Source: Nitrospinales bacterium
Lineage (GTDB): Bacteria > Nitrospinota > Nitrospinia > Nitrospinales > VA-1
Direction: 5' to 3'
NCBI GenBank assembly: GCA_965262115.1
Contig: OZ253496.1
Location: forward strand, 224,001-288,000
DNA: 64,000 bases
Positions 30,730-40,966 of this stretch are shown in pieces. A program made the position numbers and the translations under genes. The first letter of the stretch is position 1. The number at the start of each line of letters is the position of its first letter. The notes below the pieces were generated by a model. It had not been told where the DNA came from, did no database searches, and saw only the letters and a list, made by a program, of their open reading frames with translations.

Positions 30730-33081
30730 TCAGGCGTTTTTATCTTTAGGAATAATGACAGGAATGACAATAGGCTCCCCAACGGAAAGCGCCCTAATAT
30801 CTTTATCAGAGTTGTAGCTGCTCAACAGCCAAAGAGGAATGGTGTAATTCTCGTTGCGCATCTCCCATAAGGTCTCACCCTTTTCAACACTCCGAATGGT
30901 CAACTTGCTGATTTCGTAATTATTGAAAAAGTATTCCTGAATCGCCTTATGGTATTCCTGCCTTTTTTCTTCAAATTTGTCGGGGAGAGTCTTGGAAAAA
31001 TTAACGCGAAGCTTATCGTTGACCGATATGTTACCCCGTTTCCCAATACGGTTTATCCTTCTCAATTCCCTTACCGAAAGTAGCGACCACTCGGCGTAAT
31101 GGCTGAGTGTTTCATCAAAGTCAACGGTGATGGTTCCCATCCGCGAATCAGAATTTTCATCAGGAGAAAACGATACCGGTTTGAAAGCAGAACGATTTCG
31201 ATTGATCTTATCAGTAGTGTTTCGGGCTACTCGAAGAGTACCTGATGAAACGGCTCTTCCCGTTTTAACTGTTGTAGGTTTTTTCGCGGTTTTTGAGGAT
31301 TTTGCAACCTGCGAGCGATCTACCGTTAATTTAAAGTTTCGGGATGTTACAGTTTTAGATGTCAACTGAACTTTGTTATCAATAATCTCCTGACCGGGAA
31401 CCTTTATTCTTTGCCCAGGATACAGAGCGTCAGGGTTCCGAAACCGGTTAATGCGGGTAAGATGCCTCACATCGGTATCAAAATGTTTTGCAATCTTGGA
31501 AAGATTGTCGTGTCTTCGAACTTTGTAAAACACAAGTTTTACGCGAACATTACTGGAATCCAGTTTAGCCAGCCGGAATGAAGGCTGACGCCGGGATTTT
31601 CCTTTTGGTAATTGAAGTACTTGGCCGATATAAATGCGATTGCGTCTTCCTATATTGTTGTAGCTCTTCAAGGATCTTACCGTTGTCCCAAAACGCAAAG
31701 CAACTCCCGACAGGGTGTCCCCTCTTCTGACGGTATACCATTTGGATCGCAATTGACTGCCATACTTTACTTTTTGTGGGATCTGGCCATAGCGCGCGAC
31801 CATATTTTTCACCTTCCTGGCAGGAGCCTGGAAAACAAATCCTCTTGGAATCCGTTTTTCCCCATTTAAAACCGGGCGCCTGAGAGCAGGGTTTGCTTCT
31901 GCTATTTCTTCCCGCGACATCTTAAAGTGATTCATCGCAGTTCGAATGTTGATATAGTCAGGCAACCTGAAGGAAACCTTGTTGATCGGTCTTTTTATAA
32001 CCAGATTAGGGAAATATTTATTCTGATTATTGACCACGTGTAGCGCCGCAAGGAACTCTGCATAAAAATTCTGCGAGGCAAAACCAAAGGTTCGGCTTTT
32101 ATAGTTGTTTACTATTTCGACAAAGTTGCTTCCGAACCTTTTTTTTGCACGCTTCATTCCCTGCAAACCATGGTTATAAGCCGTAATTGCCAAAGGCCAT
32201 GAACCCACACTTTCAAAATTCTTTTTTAGCAATTTTGCGGCACCATGAGTCGCCATTATCGGGTCCCGTCTCTCATCCACATCATACCCAACGCGCATGA
32301 ACAAGCGACCTGTGCCACGGGTGAACTGCCAAATTCCCGCCGCTCCCGCGCTTGAATAAGCCCCGATTTGAAAAGAGGATTCAACATGCGGAAGGACACT
32401 CAGTTCCTTTGGGAGCTTGTATTGCTTAAATATTCTTTGAATTTCCCTTAAATACAGGCCTGATCGTTCAATGCCTTCCCGAAATCTATCTTTTTGGCCG
32501 AGCTGGGCGCGTATATTCCTAGATGCTCTGTAAAAGTCATTTCTCACCAACTTAAAAACTCTTTTTTCCTCACCCTTCAAGCCCGCCTTATTTTTAGTTT
32601 TTGCGATCTTGCGCAAAATAGTTTTGTATTTTGCTTTGATCTTCTTCAGCTTGCGCTCCCGCGCTCTTCGGGATAATGGCTTTTCCCCTAGATAGACAAC
32701 TTCATAAATAATATCAAGGTCTCTAATATCATGGACCACTGCATGTTTAGTGCTGTACTCCGAGTAAATCTTCTTCCAAAATGCAACTTTGTTTTGAAGA
32801 CCATGAGGGGTAGTAAAATGATATTTGCTCAGGGTATGAACTTCATGCGGGAGGCTGGCACTTGAATTTCCAGGAAACCAAGAGGCCGACAAGAAGACAA
32901 GGGAGACAATGAGGATTCTAATAGATTTTAGCAATTGCCGACTTTCTATTCTAAAAGAATTGTTTTGTAATATATCTTTTGCGACCAAAAAAAAAGACCG
33001 CCGGATGACAAGTTTATTTACTTTTGCGTTCCCAGTAAAAAAATTCAGTAACGCTTTGAATTCAAAGGATATCAAAGCCAA
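30730..33081 (-). CDS. Lytic murein transglycosylase with LysM domains (MltD-like)
   Basis: VESSF catalytic Glu, AAGIWQF, AITAYNHG, LysM repeats YTVRRGDTLS and YKVRRHDNLS; start uncertain. Confidence 0.88.
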   Translation of the reverse strand: MALISFEFKALLNFFTGNAKVNKLVIRRSFFLVAKDILQNNSFRIESRQLLKSIRILIVSLVFLSASWFPGNSSASLPHEVHTLSKYHFTTPHGLQNKVAFWKKIYSEYSTKHAVVHDIRDLDIIYEVVYLGEKPLSRRARERKLKKIKAKYKTILRKIAKTKNKAGLKGEEKRVFKLVRNDFYRASRNIRAQLGQKDRFREGIERSGLYLREIQRIFKQYKLPKELSVLPHVESSFQIGAYSSAGAAGIWQFTRGTGRLFMRVGYDVDERRDPIMATHGAAKLLKKNFESVGSWPLAITAYNHGLQGMKRAKKRFGSNFVEIVNNYKSRTFGFASQNFYAEFLAALHVVNNQNKYFPNLVIKRPINKVSFRLPDYINIRTAMNHFKMSREEIAEANPALRRPVLNGEKRIPRGFVFQAPARKVKNMVARYGQIPQKVKYGSQLRSKWYTVRRGDTLSGVALRFGTTVRSLKSYNNIGRRNRIYIGQVLQLPKGKSRRQPSFRLAKLDSSNVRVKLVFYKVRRHDNLSKIAKHFDTDVRHLTRINRFRNPDALYPGQRIKVPGQEIIDNKVQLTSKTVTSRNFKLTVDRSQVAKSSKTAKKPTTVKTGRAVSSGTLRVARNTTDKINRNRSAFKPVSFSPDENSDSRMGTITVDFDETLSHYAEWSLLSVRELRRINRIGKRGNISVNDKLRVNFSKTLPDKFEEKRQEYHKAIQEYFFNNYEISKLTIRSVEKGETLWEMRNENYTIPLWLLSSYNSDKDIRALSVGEPIVIPVIIPKDKNA

Positions 33082-33167
33082 AACATCAGGTCAAGACAAA
33101 TCGTGGCTCTGTCGGTATTTCATGGTTTTATTTCTCCCAAAGCATATTGTTGCTATGACACCAGATT

Positions 33168-33458
33168 TTATGAGGCTTGTTGTTTTTTCGGATATTCATC
33201 GTTCAAGTGATAGACCCAGGCGAGAAGTTCCCGATTATTTTATACAAGGATTCCGGAATTTTCTGGCCAACATCTATCTTTTCCAGCAATTCAATCAGGT
33301 CCTTAGTCTTTTTTGATGGGGATATTTTGTTCCTGGGCCATAGCGATGATTTTCTCAGCGACTCAGCCTTGCCCTTTAGCCGTTACTTTGGGTGCGCGGT
33401 CACTGCCCCGAACGTATTGAAGAGATACTGCAAAATGTTTTGTCCTGTTCTGTTTCAT
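33168..33458 (-). pseudogene. FlhB C-terminal-like (EscU/YscU family) small protein, degraded
   Basis: Manual translation: AVSLQY...APKVTAKGQG*VAEKIIAMAQEQNIPI../DLIELLEKIDVGQKIPESLYKII/ELLAWVY; one nonsense codon and two frameshifts. Confidence 0.82.
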
Positions 33459-33692
33459 GTCTTGACATTCACCCGTGAGGTATTTTGACTAACCAGCAAT
33501 TCGATAAGGCTGTCTTTTATGCGGGTGACAGTGGCATTTATCACGCGGTTTGGGGCTTCCGGTGTTTGAGAAAACTCTTGAACCCTAAATTGTCTGGAAA
33601 TTGCTTTCCCTCTGGAGGTTGGGACGCAGAATTATAGGGGAAAATTCTTTATTTGCAAATGGTTGTGTGATAGATGGGGAATGCTGGTGGGG

Positions 33693-34013
33693 TCAGGCAA
33701 CGATATTTATTTTCCCTCGATAAGGGTCTTCGGGAAGGGGTGGTTCATGACTGTCGTCTTCATTGAAAGACTGATTTTTCTTACGGACTCTAACACGTTT
33801 CTTGGCGTGGGCTTGAGGGTCGGTTTCCTCTAGGAAATGGGTAGGATCCATATCCTGCACCTGACTACGCTTCAACTCGTCATCCCGTTGCCGCTCCTTA
33901 TCAGCCTGTTGTGCCGTAACATTGGACAGGGTTTGCAGGGTCTGCTGGAGTTTTTCCGTATGTGTTCCCATCTGCAGAATCTGCTGCGTATTAACGGGAG
34001 GTGTTGAAGGCAT
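33693..34013 (-). CDS. Hypothetical protein in a flagellar remnant region
   Basis: 106-aa Gln-rich ORF ending GKINIVA. Confidence 0.55.
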   Translation of the reverse strand: MPSTPPVNTQQILQMGTHTEKLQQTLQTLSNVTAQQADKERQRDDELKRSQVQDMDPTHFLEETDPQAHAKKRVRVRKKNQSFNEDDSHEPPLPEDPYRGKINIVA

Positions 34014-34091
34014 GATTGAGACCTGAATAATTAATCACAATGTGCACTAAATACAGGCAGCTAACAGGATAAGTCAAGGTCGAAGGAAATT

Positions 34092-34695
34092 TTACTTGAC
34101 CATGAAATGGAAAAAAAAGACATCGGTAATTGTTCCGGTACCGCTTAATAGCAAAGCGTTGGAGGCAGTCAGAATTTCTTTTTTGATTCTCTCTTCGGTT
34201 CGGGATTGTTTAAGGGTAAAGTCGGCAGACCGCTTTCTTCCAAGAATATTATAAATATTTTTTCTCACCAGAGGAAGTACCTTGTTAAGGTCATTGTCCA
34301 ACACAGCATTACTCAATAAAAGGTTTACAGATATGAATCGACCTGTTTCCCTACCCTCATCAAGAATAGGGAGAAAAAAAGGCTCCAACTTATAAATATG
34401 GACCTTTTTAACTTTGAACTCTTCCTCTTTCTTCAGTAATCTCCTCTTCGACGACCTGTTCCTCTAACGAAACCACCTCTTCCTCTTTATCTCCCATGAA
34501 AAAAAATGCCCCTGCCCCGATGACCAGGACTCCACCGCCAGAAATCATCAGGAGCTTTTTGTTCGCGAGAATTTTCTGGAGTTTTCCCTTCAGGCCACCC
34601 GCCTCAGCCTCTCCACCACCAGTATCATCTAAGAGGCGTTCAAGTTCCGCCGCCTCATCGGTAGATAGCTCCTCTTTTTCCTGGTCTTCAGCCAT
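34092..34695 (-). pseudogene. fliL: Flagellar basal body-associated FliL-family protein, frameshifted
   Basis: KKLL + TM + acidic linker ORF and LEPFFL...IKKEI...ITDVFF.HFMV ORF join on removing one base near 34429. Confidence 0.72.
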
Positions 34696-34782
34696 TTCTC
34701 ATTGTCCGATCATATTAGTCTAAAGAATGTAACGGTATTATAGCCCAAGAACTAAATATCTAACTATTGAGTTATCTGCTCT

Positions 34783-35388
34783 TTATGAAATTTCAAGAAG
34801 TTTGGCATAAAGTTCCTGAACCCTTTTCTTAAGATCCTCCGGTTTCGATTCATTGTCCAGAATAAAGTCCGCATATTTGTTTTTTTCTTCAAGGCTCATC
34901 TGATTTTTGATTCGGGCGACAGCCTGGTCGTAGCTCAAGGAACCCCGGCTTAGAATACGTTGAACTTGGCAATTCTCACTGGATTTAACGACAATTACCT
35001 TGTCCACATTCTTATGGTTTCCAGATTCGATCAAGAGAGCCGCATCAATGATGACGATCGCAGAAGGGTCTGCTATCTTGATTTTTAAATATATTTCCCG
35101 CTCTTTCTCAAAAACTTTTGGGTGAAGAATTGCCTCTAAAGCAGATTTTTTTCCAGGATCCTGAAATATGATTTCGGCCAGCTTTTCCCGATCCAGATTC
35201 CCCGTAGAATTCAAAATGAGTTCACCAAAAAAACTGACAATTTCATTTAATGCGGGCTGTCCCGGTCGGACCAAATCCCTGCACAATTTATCAGCATCTA
35301 TGATGCGGGCGCCCAGTTCCTCAAAAATTTTTGCGGCCAAACTTTTTCCTGAGCCGATCCCGCCTGTTAGGCCTACAAGTAAAGACAC
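34783..35388 (-). CDS. coaE: Dephospho-CoA kinase
   Basis: GLTGGIGSGKS, IDAD, LHP, DAALLIE. Confidence 0.95.
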   Translation of the reverse strand: MSLLVGLTGGIGSGKSLAAKIFEELGARIIDADKLCRDLVRPGQPALNEIVSFFGELILNSTGNLDREKLAEIIFQDPGKKSALEAILHPKVFEKEREIYLKIKIADPSAIVIIDAALLIESGNHKNVDKVIVVKSSENCQVQRILSRGSLSYDQAVARIKNQMSLEEKNKYADFILDNESKPEDLKKRVQELYAKLLEIS

Positions 35389-35393
35389 AAGGA

Positions 35394-36251
35394 TTATACT
35401 TTCTTTGTTAATAGGTCGTCATACAGCCGCAGGAGTTTTAGAGTGATTGGCCCGGGTTTTCCCAATCCAACAGGCCGACCATCCAGATGTGAAACCGGCA
35501 TCACCCTTTTAAGGGTTCCCGTCAGGAATATTTCATCGGCTTTAAAAAGTTCCTCGCCGGGCCATTCCCCTTCCTCCATATGAAATCCATTTTCTTTAGC
35601 CAGTTGAATCACCATTTCCCGGGTAATTCCTGAGAGAATTCCACAATCCACAGAAGGAGTGAGGATATGGCCTTCACAAACAAAGAACAGGTTACTAGTG
35701 GTTCCTTCGGTCAAATATCCCCATGGATTGACCATGATGGCATCCTGCGCCCCAAGCTTCTCCGCCTCCATTTTTGCCAAAACATTGTTCAAATAATTCC
35801 CGGTTTTAATGTTTGGATTCAAGGCATCGCGCGGGTTCCTTTTTATAGAAACCAATGCAACCCGAATTCCTTTTTCATAACAGGATTTCGGATACTCTGT
35901 CACATCCATCACCATCAAAATTATATTGGGGTGTTCACAGGATGAGGGATCAATATTAATTTCCCCAACACCACGGGTGACAATAATTCTTATATAAGAT
36001 TCACAATTGCCCACTGCGTCCAGTGTGTATTCTAACTGTTCCTGGAACCATTCCTTATCATGCGGTATCTCTAATGAAATCGCCTCAGCCGAAGCATAAA
36101 GTCGAGTCAGATGCTTGTCTAAAAAGCAGGGCTGGTTGTTTAGGGTGCTAACCACTTCATAAACACTGTCGCCAAATAAAAAACCGTGATCCAAGACTGA
36201 AATATTCAGATGATCTTGGATTTCTCCATTAAAATTAAATTTTGTAGCCAT
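35394..36251 (-). CDS. Class IV aminotransferase (branched-chain/D-amino acid type)
   Basis: DHGFLFGDSVYE, IKTGNYL, EGTTSN, LSGITR. Confidence 0.88.
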   Translation of the reverse strand: MATKFNFNGEIQDHLNISVLDHGFLFGDSVYEVVSTLNNQPCFLDKHLTRLYASAEAISLEIPHDKEWFQEQLEYTLDAVGNCESYIRIIVTRGVGEINIDPSSCEHPNIILMVMDVTEYPKSCYEKGIRVALVSIKRNPRDALNPNIKTGNYLNNVLAKMEAEKLGAQDAIMVNPWGYLTEGTTSNLFFVCEGHILTPSVDCGILSGITREMVIQLAKENGFHMEEGEWPGEELFKADEIFLTGTLKRVMPVSHLDGRPVGLGKPGPITLKLLRLYDDLLTKKV

Positions 36252-36294
36252 CTTTTATCTGTGGAGTTTCAATTCATCCGATCTGTCAAAACGG

Positions 36295-36921
36295 TTACTT
36301 TTTACTAACCGATTTTAGGATCGCATTTAATTTTTCCCGGTCTTCGGGGGAATACTGATCCAGGGGTTTATCGTTATCCGGCAGTTTTTTCTTCAAATCA
36401 TCAAACGTGTCCTTCAGCTTTTTCATTTCTTTTAGCTCGTTGAATTTTTCTTTCAGGGCGCCCGGATCCTGGCTTACAAAATCTAAAACCTTTGCCAAAT
36501 ATGGAGCGGTGTAGGAATCTTTTGTGAACTTTTTAGCCACCTCAGGAAAGAACTGCAACGGAAAAGTAATGGCAACCAGAATGACCACGCCTTTGACTAA
36601 ACCTACAACGCCACCCAAAATCCTGTCGAGCGTCGAAAGATCGGTTCCGGACCAAAGTATTCCTTTGGCAATCTTGCCCATGAGAGAGATGATAATTGCG
36701 GTGACTATATAAATAGCTGCAAACGCTACTAATTTGGCTATTGGTTTGCTGGGAATACTCTCCATCAAAACCACGGCAACACTGCCTTGATATTTGACAG
36801 CCATTAGATATCCTCCAGCATATGCTAAAAGAGAGAATATCTCACGCACAAGCCCTTTCATTAAGGAGAAAATCAGGCAAAAACCCAGCACAACGGCAAC
36901 AAAAATATCAAAAGAGGTCAT
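36295..36921 (-). CDS. cvpA: CvpA family membrane protein
   Basis: KGLVREIFSL, LDRILGGVVGLVKG. Confidence 0.88.
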   Translation of the reverse strand: MTSFDIFVAVVLGFCLIFSLMKGLVREIFSLLAYAGGYLMAVKYQGSVAVVLMESIPSKPIAKLVAFAAIYIVTAIIISLMGKIAKGILWSGTDLSTLDRILGGVVGLVKGVVILVAITFPLQFFPEVAKKFTKDSYTAPYLAKVLDFVSQDPGALKEKFNELKEMKKLKDTFDDLKKKLPDNDKPLDQYSPEDREKLNAILKSVSKK

Positions 36922-37463
36922 TTGAATTTTTCCGAAGATTCATTTTCATTCACTAAGATATTTTCTGTAAGCAAAGTCTGATCAAAAAGTAATTTAAATG
37001 AGGATGTGAATTTGGCAGGGTTTATGGACATCTCTTCCTGAATTTGAACCAGGTCGAAAAACGCCCCTTCGCTGATTTCTTCCGGATTAATTCGAATCGC
37101 ATCATCCGTGACGCAAGTATAAACCTGAACATGCTCCCCATAAGTCTCCTGACAGGCTGATATTTTAATGGAAGGCTTCAAAACAGCCTTTAAGTTAAGC
37201 TCTTCCCACAGTTCGCGATGGGCACAATCATCATAGGATTCCCCGGCATCGACATGCCCGGCCGAGGAGGTGTCCCACAGTCCCGGGTTTTCGTCCTTAC
37301 AGAGAGCCCGCTTTTGCAAAAACAATTCTTTGCTGGAATTAAAAACCATGATATGAACGGAACGGTGCAATAATTTATTTTGATGAATATGCTTCCGGGT
37401 GGCCTGCCCTATTATGCGGTCATTTTCATCGACAATATTATAAATTTCTTGCTCTACGCTCAT
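36918..37463 (-). CDS. NUDIX hydrolase (Idi/YfcD-like)
   Basis: HRSVH, LQKR, AGHVDAGESYDDCAHRELWEEL. Confidence 0.88.
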   Translation of the reverse strand: MSVEQEIYNIVDENDRIIGQATRKHIHQNKLLHRSVHIMVFNSSKELFLQKRALCKDENPGLWDTSSAGHVDAGESYDDCAHRELWEELNLKAVLKPSIKISACQETYGEHVQVYTCVTDDAIRINPEEISEGAFFDLVQIQEEMSINPAKFTSSFKLLFDQTLLTENILVNENESSEKFK

Positions 37464-37481
37464 GGAAAATTAAACTCAATA

Positions 37482-38798
37482 TCAAGTTTGGTCGGGACGC
37501 AGATAGCTTAATTGACGAGGGAATTCACCTTCTTCGCAATAATTATTCTGGGCTAAAAGTTTGGCATCATTAATGGCCTGCCGGGAACCTTCCAGAATTA
37601 CTTTTTGATAACCCTTGTCAGCCAGAAGACCTCCTGCCTGCAAAAGACTCATAACGGACATTGCGTTAAATTTTTGTTCATCAATAAGCATGTGCAATTC
37701 CCCCTCATGATGGCGGGCAATTAAGGAAATATAAGTTGAAGGTCTGGCATGAAAACCCAATGGTTGTGGGATGGGAACTTCGGCTCTCACGATTTCCACA
37801 AATCCCTTCAAAATCTCTTTTACCAGCTTGTCGCCTTCCTGGAGATAATATTTGCTGTAATGGAAACCAAAATTAATAATTTGTCCCAGCAAGGCCTCTT
37901 TATTCACTATCCTTGAAATTTGCTGCTTACACTCTCCATGACGAATGTCATCTTCATGGCGCTCATAAAAATGACAAAGCCAGAGGACCACCTCCAGAAG
38001 ATGAAGGGGCATGGAAATATACCCTCTCAAGTTTTTTAAATCCGCTTGGGATTGCTCCATACGGGTATTCTTGACATAGGTATCGTATTCGGACTGAACA
38101 CTATGGACCAGTTCCTTAAACATACGCACGACCTTTTCATTTAATATTGAGGGGATAACGTGGCGAAACGTCTCAAGTTTGTCACTTTTTTCGAACCCTA
38201 TCTTATTGATCATCTTTGCGACTTTCCGGTATTTTTGGCAGAGGTCTAATATTCTTTCCTGTTCTTCCTTCACTTCGTCTTCAAGAATAGTTCGTGGCAG
38301 GCGCTTATTGCTTTCTATATCATAAAACTCGTTCATTGAAAACAAGTCTTCGGGAATTTTTAAACCGTTTAACTGTCCTGTTTTGACAACTTCGGCCCTC
38401 AAACCCTGAATGGAAGTGTTCAGAAAATCGAGAGCCTTATTTGCCGCTTCATTGAAGGCCCGAAAATTTTCTTCTGATTCCCCGAGGCTATAGTAAGGGT
38501 ACCGGTCCAAAATATGTTTTATATAAAATGCAGCAATAGTAAGATTGCGAATACAAGCGACATATTCCGAAAAAAAGGACCATGTTTTGTTTTCTCGGGC
38601 ACCATGCTCATCTAGAACGCTTTCGAGATACTCCGTTTCCTGGATCAGACGGGAATATAACTTTCGGGAAATTTCTTTCCCACTTTCTGCCTTTTCACAA
38701 AATAAAGCACTGACCTTGAAAAATAGTTGGGAAGGTTCTTGAACAATCTGTAAAAACTCATCTTCAGAAATAATCTGAATAAGGGATTTGGCTTCCAT
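37482..38798 (-). CDS. Large helical protein with C-terminal HPr-like phosphocarrier domain
   Basis: GFHARPS (His15-like) and NAMSVMSLL (Ser46-like) in the last ~100 aa. Confidence 0.75.
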   Translation of the reverse strand: MEAKSLIQIISEDEFLQIVQEPSQLFFKVSALFCEKAESGKEISRKLYSRLIQETEYLESVLDEHGARENKTWSFFSEYVACIRNLTIAAFYIKHILDRYPYYSLGESEENFRAFNEAANKALDFLNTSIQGLRAEVVKTGQLNGLKIPEDLFSMNEFYDIESNKRLPRTILEDEVKEEQERILDLCQKYRKVAKMINKIGFEKSDKLETFRHVIPSILNEKVVRMFKELVHSVQSEYDTYVKNTRMEQSQADLKNLRGYISMPLHLLEVVLWLCHFYERHEDDIRHGECKQQISRIVNKEALLGQIINFGFHYSKYYLQEGDKLVKEILKGFVEIVRAEVPIPQPLGFHARPSTYISLIARHHEGELHMLIDEQKFNAMSVMSLLQAGGLLADKGYQKVILEGSRQAINDAKLLAQNNYCEEGEFPRQLSYLRPDQT

Positions 38799-38878
38799 CT
38801 GCTTTACAACTCACTGGAAAGTTTTGGTTTATTCAAATGTTAAGCGACCACCAATAGTATACCCGCATAGTGCGCGGG

Positions 38879-39421
38879 TTAAAAGGCCACAGATTTGATA
38901 GAAAATTTTTGAGGCAGATATTTTTGCCAGATTTCAACATGGGAATCCGGCCCGGATGGAATCACAAAAGGTATAAACTGGTAATCCGGCTTTCTGGGGA
39001 GGTGGCGTAATCGCATGTCCACTTCCAAAGGGGTTCGATCACCTTTTTTAAGATTACAGGTTTTGCAGGCAACGACTATATTTGTCCAGTTGGTTTTTCC
39101 CCCGCGAGACTTTGGCACCACATGGTCTACTGTAAGAGGATGGCTAGACGCTCCACAATACTGGCAAGTGTAATTGTCTCTTCGTAGAATATTTTTTTTG
39201 CTAAATGCCAAACCCTTTTTGCGATTGCGCCGAACCATTTTTAAAACACGTATCACGGTTGGAAGCTCGAAACTGGTCGAGGGAGTGCGCACAGTATACC
39301 CGGAGCTATCCAATTCTTCAGCCCTGCCACCAAAAACCATAGTTATCGCATGACGAGCACTGCAAAACTGGAGCGGTTCATAGGAATAATTCAAAACCAG
39401 GCTTTTGAACGAATCGAGCAT
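38879..39421 (-). CDS. HNH endonuclease (McrA-like)
   Basis: LVLNYSYEPL, RDNYTCQYCG, TVDHVVPKSRGG, NIVVACKTCN. Confidence 0.92.
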   Translation of the reverse strand: MLDSFKSLVLNYSYEPLQFCSARHAITMVFGGRAEELDSSGYTVRTPSTSFELPTVIRVLKMVRRNRKKGLAFSKKNILRRDNYTCQYCGASSHPLTVDHVVPKSRGGKTNWTNIVVACKTCNLKKGDRTPLEVDMRLRHLPRKPDYQFIPFVIPSGPDSHVEIWQKYLPQKFSIKSVAF

Positions 39422-39538
39422 GTTTCCAAACCTCGAAAGCTGGAATAACTTGATTTGTCTTACCAAACCCACATTAATCCGAAAAATTTTACCCTTACGC
39501 CATCACCCTGTCAATAGCAAGAGATACAAAAACGGATT

Positions 39539-40957
39539 TTACAGGATATTTCCAGTCCCCAGCCGGTTAGCCGGGTCCAGGCAAGCTTTAATTTTTCTTA
39601 GATCATTCAAACCATCTGGCCCGATCATCTTCTCAAAATATTTTTTTTTCAGCTTACCAATACCATGTTCTGCGGAAACCGTCCCCCTCCATTCTAATAT
39701 CTGATCTACCATTTGTTCATAAACCTGTTTTGCCTTATCGATTTGAGATTCCTCCGGCAGAAGATTTATATGTATATGGTTATCCCCCAAATGCCCGAAC
39801 ATTACATAATCTAAGCCATTAACTTTAAGGGTTTTCTGATAAAACTCCATCATTGACATAAAAAATTTATCAGGAACAGCCATATCCGTACCCAGTTTAA
39901 CCCTGCCAGCTCGGCTATTTTCCTCATTTATAATTATCGGGACATCATGTCTGAAATCGTGGAACTTCTTAATATCCTTTGCCCCCTGAGCAAACCAGGA
40001 ATCATCAAGCATAATATTTTCTGCGCTTAAAAATTCATACCAGTTTTCCATTACCAAATCATAGTCCTTCATTTCAAGAACATCCTGCTCAAAAAACAAA
40101 GCCGCCCTTGCATGACTGGGTATGTTTGTATGTTTGCTTTTCAATTTTTCCAGAGCATTATGATCAAAATATTCTAGGGAACAGGGATCGATCTTTTGTC
40201 CTTTAAAGGATTTTATTTGGGGAATCAATTTCCAGCAGGATCGTTCCTCTGTAAAAAACAAAATTCCGCTCACAAAATCTGCCGGACAGGGTAACAAGCG
40301 TAGGACAATGTTTGTGAAGATGCCAAGCGTGCCGTCTGATCCAATAAATAAATCCAGCCAGTCCATGCCTGGGTGCACAAAATATCCTGCAGCGTTTTTG
40401 CATTCAGGGCTTCGGTAAGAAATATCCGGGAACACTATTTGGCTGCCATCCTCAAACTTGAGCGGCTCGGTAATTTTCAACCCTCGATTGAGGACAGTTT
40501 TCCTTCCATCCAGTAAAACCAGCTCAACCTCTTCAACAAACTCACGGGTGACGCCATATTTATAGCTCCGCGATCCAGAAGCATTAGTCGCCAGGGTGCC
40601 CCCCAAAGATGCCCATGTTTCGGTGGGATTGGGCGGGTAAAACCAGCCAGTAGGGATCAAAAAACTTTGTAACTCATTTAATGTTACCGCTGGGCCGACC
40701 TGTATTCTGCCCTCTTTCGCTTCCCCAATTTTGCTCAACAGCTCCAAAGAAACTATGATTCCTCCGGATGGAATACGAGAGGCGGTCAGTCCCGTTCCTG
40801 CCCCGGCAATCGTAACCGGACGGGTTTCATTTTGCAGGAAAATGGCCAGATCATCTGAAGTTTCAGGAATAACAACTTCTTCCGCACTTCCCCCGGAAAA
40901 ATTTGAAGCATCCATTAGATATGGAGCTATGAATGCAGGTTCCGTTTTTCTGATCAT
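39539..40957 (-). CDS. FAD-linked oxidase/2-hydroxyacid dehydrogenase (GlcD/D-lactate dehydrogenase family)
   Basis: GAGTG, LGGTLATNASG, FIGSDGTLG, GHLGDNHIH, SAEHGIG. Confidence 0.88.
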   Translation of the reverse strand: MIRKTEPAFIAPYLMDASNFSGGSAEEVVIPETSDDLAIFLQNETRPVTIAGAGTGLTASRIPSGGIIVSLELLSKIGEAKEGRIQVGPAVTLNELQSFLIPTGWFYPPNPTETWASLGGTLATNASGSRSYKYGVTREFVEEVELVLLDGRKTVLNRGLKITEPLKFEDGSQIVFPDISYRSPECKNAAGYFVHPGMDWLDLFIGSDGTLGIFTNIVLRLLPCPADFVSGILFFTEERSCWKLIPQIKSFKGQKIDPCSLEYFDHNALEKLKSKHTNIPSHARAALFFEQDVLEMKDYDLVMENWYEFLSAENIMLDDSWFAQGAKDIKKFHDFRHDVPIIINEENSRAGRVKLGTDMAVPDKFFMSMMEFYQKTLKVNGLDYVMFGHLGDNHIHINLLPEESQIDKAKQVYEQMVDQILEWRGTVSAEHGIGKLKKKYFEKMIGPDGLNDLRKIKACLDPANRLGTGNIL

Positions 40958-40966
40958 TGGATTCTT

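Noticed and set aside
12951..34430. Programmed ribosomal frameshifting at the various broken genes
   Set aside because: No consistent slippery heptamer with a downstream structure; homopolymer error or gene decay is simpler.
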